Source of the DNA: Terrimicrobiaceae bacterium
Lineage (GTDB): Bacteria > Verrucomicrobiota > Verrucomicrobiia > Chthoniobacterales > Terrimicrobiaceae
DNA length: 12,630 nucleotides
Reading direction: 5' to 3'
Assembly (NCBI GenBank): GCA_041752695.1
Contig: JBGSVZ010000025.1
Span: 1 to 12,630 of the forward strand
The stretch's first letter is position 1; the number at the start of each line of letters is the position of its first letter. A program made the translations under genes and the position numbers. This document shows, piece by piece, positions 6,340 through 12,630 of this stretch. Under the pieces are notes generated by a model. That model saw only the letters and a program-made list of their open reading frames with translations, had not been told where the DNA came from and did not search any database.

Positions 6340-6978
6340 ATGGCTCTATCTTCGATTCCGGGGTGCACGGTGGTGGATCATCCGCTGGTCAAAAGCAAGG
6401 TCACGGTGTTGCGCAACAAGGAGACGTCCAGGGAGTTATTCCGCCGGACGTTGCGGGAACTGACCGCGCTGGTGGCGTTTGAGGCGACACGGGATTTGCT
6501 TTTGCAGGAGATTCCGGTGGAGACGCCGTTGCAGAGTTGCACGGGTCACAAGTTGAAAGAAAAGGTCACCATCGTGCCGATCTTGCGGGCTGGTTTGGGG
6601 ATGGCGGAGGCCATGCTGGACGTTCTTCCCCAGGCCCGGGTGGGTCATGTGGGGATGTATCGGGACGAAAAGACGTTTGAGCCAAAGAGCTATTATTTCA
6701 AAGCCCCTCCCGATCTGGCGCGGGCGGATGTGTTCCTAGTGGATCCGATGCTGGCCACGGGTCAGAGTTCATCAGACGCGGCCGAGGAGCTGAAACGGTG
6801 TGGCGTGACGCGGCTGAGGTTGGTGGCCCTGCTGGGCTGCGTGCCGGGCGTCGAGTTGTTTCGGAGTCGGCATCCGGACGTGCCCGTCTTTCTGGCCGCG
6901 ATGGACCCCGGGTTGAATGAGCGGGCCTACATTGTACCCGGACTCGGGGACGCCGGAGATCGGTATTTTGGAACCTAG
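6340..6978 (+). CDS. upp: Uracil phosphoribosyltransferase
   Basis: 212 aa with VVDHPLV, FRRTLREL, VPILRAGLGM, VGHVGMYRDE, the PRPP motif VFLVDPMLATGQS, and the C-terminal YIVPGLGDAGDRYFGT. Confidence 0.98.
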   Translation: MALSSIPGCTVVDHPLVKSKVTVLRNKETSRELFRRTLRELTALVAFEATRDLLLQEIPVETPLQSCTGHKLKEKVTIVPILRAGLGMAEAMLDVLPQARVGHVGMYRDEKTFEPKSYYFKAPPDLARADVFLVDPMLATGQSSSDAAEELKRCGVTRLRLVALLGCVPGVELFRSRHPDVPVFLAAMDPGLNERAYIVPGLGDAGDRYFGT

Positions 6979-7208
6979 CGTGCTTCGCACGCAACGTTGA
7001 ACGCCGAACATTGAACGCTGAACGCTCAAGTGGGGAAAGGAACGTTCTGCGTCGGGCTGCTCGTGGCGCGATCCTATTTTTCCTCAGCCCAGGGCGTGCA
7101 GGATGAAGTGCCGGAAATTGCGAGCCTGGACCCAACTTCGATGTTCGGCGTTCGATGTTCAGTGTTGAGTGTTGAGCGTTCGGCGTTCGGCGCGAAGCGC
7201 GCCGCTAG
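6975..7208. repeat. Inverted heptamer-repeat element between the convergent upp and oprB genes
   Basis: Left arm: CTAG, hairpin GCGTGC-TTC-GCACGC and 5 units of SAACRYY (6992-7026). Right arm: 7 reverse-complement units (7140-7188), hairpin CGGCGCG-AAG-CGCGCCG and CTAG (7205-7208). A core of about 105 bp lies between them. Confidence 0.85.
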
Positions 7209-8617
7209 AACGTGATGGCGGCGCGGGCGCCGATGACGAAGGCGTTGTTGAGATTCTGGGTTCCGCCGGGGTTGATGATGTATTGGAGGTCCGGCTGGAT
7301 GATGAGCCACGGGGTGATTTGGGCCTGGTAGGTCACTTCCAGAACCATTTCGGCGCTGACCCCCACCGCCCCCTCGCGGATCAGGCTATTCCGGGCGGTG
7401 TTGCCGATCTGGGCGTAGGCAAAACCGAAGCCGAGGGTGTCGTTGTCACGGGTGGGGATGAGGCCTTTGTAGGTGAGGCCGGTATCAAAGTAGAAATTGA
7501 GGAAATTCCGATCTTCCTGCGTGAATCCCAGACGTCCGAACCAGCCGAGCCCCTGGTCGGATTTTTCCATGGGCACCGGTGCCTGGAAGGACTTCCCGCT
7601 TTTGGGGTCGGTCGGGGTTGTGCCCTTCTGGAAGCTTCCGGCCGGTGCCGATTCGACGGATGGCTCCCGGTAGAGCATTTGATCCAGGATGAAATACCAG
7701 CCGTAGTTACCGGAGTTCGTGCGGTCCGTGAGGGTGTCGGCGAGTTCTCCGGTTTGAATCCACATGCCGGCTTTGGCCTGGCCGGGCAGTCCGGTTTCCG
7801 CTTCGCGATGGTTCCAGCGGGCCTGCGCCTCGTTGAGAAAGAGGAGGCCGTTTTCACCGTCGAGTCGCCAGCGGAAGCCGTGGCGGTTGACGTTCTGATC
7901 ATAGACGTTGCCCTGATAAACCGCCGACTGGAACGTCAACCATTCCACCGGATGGAGTGCCAGGCGGACGCCGAGGGTTCCCATCGGATAGCCGGGTCCG
8001 CCCGAGGGAAGGTTCGTGTACAGGAACGATGGCCAACCGAATGTGCCGTTGATGAACGTGCCGGCATAGTCGGATATGACGAATTCGGAATCGGCCAGCA
8101 ATTGTCCGACGCGAACGGAAATTTTCTCATCGAGGAACGTTTGCTGAAACCAGAGTTCGCCGAGCCGGAGGGTGTTGAAACCGGCGATGTTGGAAATCGT
8201 GAGAAAATTGCCCGCGAGATCTTCCGAGGCATCCCTCCCACTCAGCCAGAACCAAGTCGTGCTCAGGGAGGCCCCCTGCCACCCGACGGCTTTTTCCAGG
8301 TCGAGGTTCACGCCGAAATCGAGTAATCCGGTGTAGACGGCTCCCGTTTTGATCCCGCCCGTGGTGTTGCCCCAGACTTCCACGGTGTAGCCGCCGAAGA
8401 TTTCCACGCCGGCGGTTTCCCAGGCGGTTCGGGCGCCAAACCAGTCGCCCGTGGCGGTGTCGCTTTCCCATCCGGGCAGCAGAGTGAACGCGGCCGGCTG
8501 GTCGTCCAGATCGATGGCGCGAGCGAGGCCGAAACTGAACAGGAGCAGAGCGGCCGCCCATGGAGCCGCCGATCTTTTCCGGACAGAATTCCCAGCGGAG
8601 TGAATGGTGGCAGGCAT
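7205..8617 (-). CDS. OprB-family carbohydrate-selective porin
   Basis: 470 aa with a signal peptide (AAALLLFSFGLARA), the OprB motifs ATGDWFGART, GNTTGG, SNIAG..TLRLGELWFQQ, SVRVGQL.ADSEF, GLIPTRDNDTLG and E.TYQAQITPWL.IQPDLQYIINPGG, and a terminal Phe typical of outer-membrane beta-barrels. Confidence 0.93.
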   Translation of the reverse strand: MPATIHSAGNSVRKRSAAPWAAALLLFSFGLARAIDLDDQPAAFTLLPGWESDTATGDWFGARTAWETAGVEIFGGYTVEVWGNTTGGIKTGAVYTGLLDFGVNLDLEKAVGWQGASLSTTWFWLSGRDASEDLAGNFLTISNIAGFNTLRLGELWFQQTFLDEKISVRVGQLLADSEFVISDYAGTFINGTFGWPSFLYTNLPSGGPGYPMGTLGVRLALHPVEWLTFQSAVYQGNVYDQNVNRHGFRWRLDGENGLLFLNEAQARWNHREAETGLPGQAKAGMWIQTGELADTLTDRTNSGNYGWYFILDQMLYREPSVESAPAGSFQKGTTPTDPKSGKSFQAPVPMEKSDQGLGWFGRLGFTQEDRNFLNFYFDTGLTYKGLIPTRDNDTLGFGFAYAQIGNTARNSLIREGAVGVSAEMVLEVTYQAQITPWLIIQPDLQYIINPGGTQNLNNAFVIGARAAITF

Positions 8618-8745
8618 GGGTGCGGTGGCAGGAGATTGGGAAAACAGAAAATGTTTGTCTGTGCAAACTTTAATGCGCCGGGGCGGGAGATTTTGCGGCC
8701 GACGGAAGCGCCGTTTGATCGCCCTCGTGCGGAGAATGGCCGCGG

Positions 8746-10044
8746 TTAGGGGATCCGCGCCATCAGCACTTTGTCCACGCGTTGCCGGTCCATATCGACG
8801 ACTTCGAAGGAGTAGTTTTGGTGCACGAATTTTTCCCCCTCGGTGGGGATGTGTCCGAGCTGTTCGCAGACAAAACCGCCGAGGGTCGAATATTTGCGCT
8901 CCTCTTCCTTGCTGAGGCGGAACTCGGGGAATCGCTCCTCGACCTCCTCGATGCCGACCAGCGCATCGACGAGGAAACTGCCGTCCTCCCGTTCGATAAA
9001 CGATTTGCGATCACGCTGCGTGGCGTCCGGCATTTCGCCGACGATGGCTTCGAGAATGTCGTTCAGCGTGACGAGACCGCTGACCACGCCGTATTCGTCG
9101 GTGACGAGGGCGGTGTGTTTTCTCTCTCGTTTGAAGGTGGCCAGCAATTGAATGGCCGACTGCGTTTCCGGCACGATGAGGGCAGGGGTGACGAGCGAAC
9201 GGAGGTCGGTGGGGACCCCGGCGGCGAGATTGGCATAGATGGATTTGACCGACAAAAATCCGAGGATGTGCTCGGGGGTTCCGTCATAGACCGGGAAATG
9301 CGAGTGGTGGCTGATGACGATTTTATGCCAGACTTCGTCGTGCGTTTCCTCCGGGGACAGCCAGACGATACGGGGCCGCGGGGTCATGATGTCCTGGATA
9401 TAAAGACGGTCAAGGGCGAGGACGCTGTGCACCATTTCGCTTTCCGCCTGGTGAAGGACGCCGGCTTCGAGGCCTTCCTGAACCATGCCGGCCACTTCCT
9501 CTTCGGTCACGGAGGAGGCCTTCATTTCGCGCGTGCCCAGCAGGCGGAGGACCGCTTCGGTCGAGATGCTGAGGATGTGGACGACGGGGGAGGCGATCCC
9601 GGCCAGCCATTGCATGGGGAGGGACATGACCCGGGAAATGCTTTCCGGGTTACGGAGGGCAAGGCGCTTCGGGACGAGTTCGCCCACCACCAGGGAAAAG
9701 TAGGTGATGGCGAGAACGACAAGGCCAAAGGCGATTTCTTCGCCCCAGGAGCCGACGAGAGGGAGCTTTTCGAGCAACGCGCCGATGTCGTCCGCGAGAC
9801 TGGCTCCACCGAATGCCCCGGCCAGGATGCCGATCAGCGTGATGCCGATTTGCACGGTGGAAAGAAACTGGTTGGGCGATTCGGAGAGATGCAGCGCACG
9901 CGATGCGGCGGAATCTCCCTTGTCGGCGAGTGAGCGCAGGCGGGTCTTGCGCGCGGAAACGAGAGCCATCTCGGTCATGGCAAATACGCCGTTAATAACT
10001 ATGAGAACCGCCACGAGGGCGATTTCAAACGCAATCTGATTCAT
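8746..10044 (-). CDS. HlyC/CorC (hemolysin-family) CNNM-type transporter: DUF21 + CBS pair + CorC_HlyC domain
   Basis: From ATG 10044 it reads MNQIAFEIALVAVLIVINGVFAMTEMALVSARK, then FLSTVQIGITLIGILAGAFG, LVVGELVPKRLA, DIMTPRPRI, HSHFPVY, VTDEYGVVSGLVTLNDILEAIVGE, YSTLGGF and FEVVDMD..RVDKV. The 46-aa extension in the ORF track runs through the predicted promoter and is unlikely to be real. Confidence 0.95.
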   Translation of the reverse strand: MNQIAFEIALVAVLIVINGVFAMTEMALVSARKTRLRSLADKGDSAASRALHLSESPNQFLSTVQIGITLIGILAGAFGGASLADDIGALLEKLPLVGSWGEEIAFGLVVLAITYFSLVVGELVPKRLALRNPESISRVMSLPMQWLAGIASPVVHILSISTEAVLRLLGTREMKASSVTEEEVAGMVQEGLEAGVLHQAESEMVHSVLALDRLYIQDIMTPRPRIVWLSPEETHDEVWHKIVISHHSHFPVYDGTPEHILGFLSVKSIYANLAAGVPTDLRSLVTPALIVPETQSAIQLLATFKRERKHTALVTDEYGVVSGLVTLNDILEAIVGEMPDATQRDRKSFIEREDGSFLVDALVGIEEVEERFPEFRLSKEEERKYSTLGGFVCEQLGHIPTEGEKFVHQNYSFEVVDMDRQRVDKVLMARIP

Positions 10045-10051
10045 CGCAGGC

Positions 10052-10079
10052 ACATTACCAGCGGGCGGGTTTCTGACAA
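10052..10079 (-). promoter_or_regulatory. Putative sigma70 promoter of the HlyC/CorC gene (leaderless)
   Basis: On the minus strand: TTGTCA (10079-10074), a 16-nt spacer ending in TGG (extended -10), TAATGT (10057-10052), then 7 nt to the ATG. Confidence 0.6.
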
Positions 10080-10192
10080 ATGAATGTCGGAAAACCGGAA
10101 AATGCCGGCGGAAACGTGTTGCGTGCGTTGCAGAAGCGGGAGCGTCGGGATCACAAAAAAGGGTTTTTCTCATTTGCGCCAAAGCGACAAAC

Positions 10193-12630
10193 GTGGGAAA
10201 TACACCGCCTATCAGTAAACGACTTTACAGTTGGGAGAAGCCGGACAAGCGCGGGCCACGGAGGCCATTTTTTCTGCGCTGGTGGTTTTATACGCCCATT
10301 CTTCTTTGTGTGGCTGCGGCGTTAATCGGGTGGGTGGGGTATGTGTATTTCTCCGCCCAGTTTGAGAAGCGCGCGGAGGAATTCGACCTCAGTCAGATGG
10401 CGCACATGGAGGCGGCGTCCGTGATTTACGACCGTAAGGGAGTCGAGTTGGGCAAAATTTTCATCCAGAACCGTCATCCTGTCCCCTTGGCCAGTGTCTC
10501 GCCGACGATGGTGAAGGCGGTGGTCGCGGCGGAGGATAACAAATTCTACAAACACAAGGGAGTGGATTACATTGGCGTGGTCCGGGCGGCTCTGGCCAAC
10601 TACCGCAAGGGCAAAATCGCCCAGGGGGCGAGCACGGTGACCCAGCAGGTGGCGCGCAATTCTTTCGAACTCCGGGAACGCACCTACAAACGCAAGATCC
10701 TGGAGATGTTCTTGGCCGAACGGATTGAGAAAAGTTTTTCCAAGGACGAGATCATGGAGCTGTATCTCAACCGCGTGTACTTCGGCAGCGGCTTCTACGG
10801 GGTGGAAGCGGCGGCGCGGGGGTATTTCGGGCGCAGTGCCAAAGACCTGGAAGTCGGACAGAGCGCCATGCTCGCGGGGTTGCTGAAAAATCCCAACGGC
10901 CTGTCCCCCTGGAACAACAAGGAGGGAGCCACGCAGACCCGCAACGTCGTGCTGCGAAAGATGAAGGAGGAAGGTTTCATTAACAATGAGACCTACAAGC
11001 AGGAGGTGGACGCGTCGCTCCACGTGATGAAACGCACCAGCCCGTTCAAGGTTTCCTACGCGATCGACTATATCCGCCAGCAGGCCATCGCCGCGCTGGG
11101 CTACGACAAGGCGATGAACGGCGGGTTTAAGATCAAGACCACCCTGGACATGAAGATGCAGAAGGCGGCCGAGGCGGCGATGAAAGAATCGCTGGCCAAG
11201 GTCGAGCAGCGGGTGGGCTACGACCATGTGACTTTTGAAGCGTTCCGGAAGATTTCCAAACCCATCGAGGACGAGGTGAATCGCGGCAACATGTCGATCA
11301 AGATGCCCGAGCCGAAATATCTGCAGGGCGCGGTGATGGCGCTCGAAAATTCCACCGGAGCCGTGCTGACGATGGTCGGCGGGCGGGATTTTAAGCACAG
11401 CGAATATAATCGCGCCACTCAGGCACGGCGTCCGGCCGGGACAGCGTTCGCCCCATTTGTTTTTGCCGCCGCTTACGAAAAAGGAATCTTTCCCGGCGAG
11501 ACGATTGAGGACGCCTGCATGGACAACCGCTACGTGATGATCGGCGGCAATGCCGGCATCTTGGGCGAGTGGGGCGTGGAGCGGGCGGACAATGAATACG
11601 ACGGCGCCATCCCGACTCGCGCCGCGCTGGCGCTGGGCAAAAATGCCGCCACAGTCCGTCTGGGCATGAAGGCCGGGCTGGAGCAGGTGGTGAAAGTCGC
11701 CAAGGACTCCGGCATTGCTTCGCCGCTCCGCAAATACACCAATGCATTTCTGGGCAGCAGCGAAGCCACTCTGGAGGAGCTGACGCTGGCCTACACCGTC
11801 TTCCCCAATCGCGGCGTTCGCCCGAAGGAACCGTATATCATTGAAAAAATCACCGATGCCTCCGGTGAGACGGTCTTTGCGGAGAAGACCGAAACTGTCC
11901 GCGCGCTCAGTCCTGAGGCGGCCTGGCAGGTGCACGCCGGTCTGGAGGAAGCCATCCGCCTCGGCACGGGTTCCCCGGCGTTCTCCAGTTGCGGACTCAA
12001 AAACATGCCCGTGGCGGGGAAAACCGGCACCGCTTACAATTTCACCGACACGTATTTTTTCGGCTACAATAGTTCGGTGACCTGCGGCGTCTGGGTGGGA
12101 TTTGACAAGCCCACTCGCATCTACCGCGGGGCCTTCGGCAAGGACCTCGCGCTGCCGATCTGGACGAAGATCATGAACGAGGCCTCGGAGGAGTTTCCCG
12201 CGGTGGCCATTCCGCGTCCCGACGCCCTCAAGGCCGTCGAGATTTGCCGCGTCACTGGCCTGCTGGCCACCCCCAAGTGCGCGATTCAAACCGTGCACAA
12301 CGGCCAGCCCATGGAAGAACCCTGCACCTACACCGAATACGCCACCGAGGCCCAGATGCCTCAGGTGCGCTGCGACGTGCATGGTGGCGGCATCCGCAAT
12401 TACGCCAAGGAATACGGGGCAGAGGAATGGCCGCGCGCGGCCTCGGCCGTCGATCTCGCCACCATTCGACCCGTCGCGGTGATGGCGCCATCTCTTCTTG
12501 GGTTTAACGACGTTTATAATTCCGTGCGTCCTGCTGCCGCGCGGTTCGATGATATTCCCGTCGCCAAGGCAATTGCCGTCAATCAGGAGCCGGAATTGCC
12601 GCCGGTTGCGCCCGTACCGGAGGGCGAGCC
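10193..12630 (+). CDS. Class A penicillin-binding protein (PBP1A-like): intact GT51 transglycosylase plus degenerate transpeptidase domain; 3' end runs off the window
   Basis: Manual translation shows a basic cytoplasmic tail, a TM helix (WWFYTPILLCVAAALIGWVGYVYF) and VIYDRKG. GT51 motifs are AAEDNKFYKHKGVD, QGASTVTQQVARN, RKILE, KDEIMELYLNRVYFG and AMLAGLLKNP. The transpeptidase fold shows MVGGRDF..SEYNRA.QARRPAGTAFAPF, ALALGKNAA and VAGKTGT. The start is uncertain (GTG 10193 assumed), and no stop occurs before the window end. Confidence 0.93.
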   Translation, partial: MGNTPPISKRLYSWEKPDKRGPRRPFFLRWWFYTPILLCVAAALIGWVGYVYFSAQFEKRAEEFDLSQMAHMEAASVIYDRKGVELGKIFIQNRHPVPLASVSPTMVKAVVAAEDNKFYKHKGVDYIGVVRAALANYRKGKIAQGASTVTQQVARNSFELRERTYKRKILEMFLAERIEKSFSKDEIMELYLNRVYFGSGFYGVEAAARGYFGRSAKDLEVGQSAMLAGLLKNPNGLSPWNNKEGATQTRNVVLRKMKEEGFINNETYKQEVDASLHVMKRTSPFKVSYAIDYIRQQAIAALGYDKAMNGGFKIKTTLDMKMQKAAEAAMKESLAKVEQRVGYDHVTFEAFRKISKPIEDEVNRGNMSIKMPEPKYLQGAVMALENSTGAVLTMVGGRDFKHSEYNRATQARRPAGTAFAPFVFAAAYEKGIFPGETIEDACMDNRYVMIGGNAGILGEWGVERADNEYDGAIPTRAALALGKNAATVRLGMKAGLEQVVKVAKDSGIASPLRKYTNAFLGSSEATLEELTLAYTVFPNRGVRPKEPYIIEKITDASGETVFAEKTETVRALSPEAAWQVHAGLEEAIRLGTGSPAFSSCGLKNMPVAGKTGTAYNFTDTYFFGYNSSVTCGVWVGFDKPTRIYRGAFGKDLALPIWTKIMNEASEEFPAVAIPRPDALKAVEICRVTGLLATPKCAIQTVHNGQPMEEPCTYTEYATEAQMPQVRCDVHGGGIRNYAKEYGAEEWPRAASAVDLATIRPVAVMAPSLLGFNDVYNSVRPAAARFDDIPVAKAIAVNQEPELPPVAPVPEGE

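Noticed and set aside
5725..6463. ORFs 5725..5931, 5747..5968, 6016..6291 and 6101..6463
   Set aside because: They have atypical Arg/Cys/Ser-rich composition, no motifs and mutual overlaps. I treated the region as non-coding or decayed.
6992..7188. CRISPR array interpretation of the repeats
   Set aside because: The units are contiguous 7-mers with no unique spacers, and no cas genes are present.
7030..7215. 61-aa ORF inside the inverted element (and the opposite-strand 7074..7310 ORF)
   Set aside because: Much of the peptide is translated heptamer repeat, and the core shows no recognisable four-helix-bundle or transposase similarity by eye.
7169..9933. Long plus-strand ORFs 7169..8326 (385 aa) and 8782..9933 (383 aa)
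   Set aside because: They are antisense to the OprB porin and the HlyC/CorC gene and have no recognisable motifs.
10045..10182. 46-aa N-terminal extension of the HlyC/CorC protein
   Set aside because: The family normally begins at the first TM helix, and the extension spans a good promoter match directly upstream of ATG 10044.
10322..12382. 686-aa minus-strand ORF
   Set aside because: It is the antisense shadow of the PBP gene. The real plus-strand CDS is missing from the track only because it has no stop in the window.

Overview
High-GC bacterial chromosomal window. It is probably Verrucomicrobiota (Spartobacteria/Chthoniobacterales-like); this is inferred from protein style and repeats, not from a database hit. 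Left to right it contains: an ABC-F ribosome-associated ATPase (minus strand, runs off the left edge, absent from the ORF track), divergent from rplM-rpsI plus an SGNH hydrolase; a heptamer tandem-repeat tract; a secreted hypothetical protein; and tRNA-Thr(CGT). Next comes a small decayed accessory islet with a hairpin-dense spacer, an intact AbrB/VapB-VapC toxin-antitoxin pair, a frameshifted 5'-truncated type I R-M hsdS remnant, a further short gene remnant and a long intergenic region with DnaA-box-like motifs. Then come upp, a stop-to-stop inverted heptamer-repeat element, an OprB-family porin and a HlyC/CorC-family CBS protein (both minus strand), and a class A penicillin-binding protein (plus strand, runs off the right edge, absent from the ORF track). 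The most notable observations are: (1) the PBP has an intact glycosyltransferase domain, but its transpeptidase SxxK and SxN motifs are degenerate (TAFA, GKN), suggesting a pseudo-enzyme; (2) the symmetric heptamer element between upp and oprB; (3) a candidate structured RNA with mutually exclusive pairings downstream of the tRNA; (4) several apparently leaderless genes.
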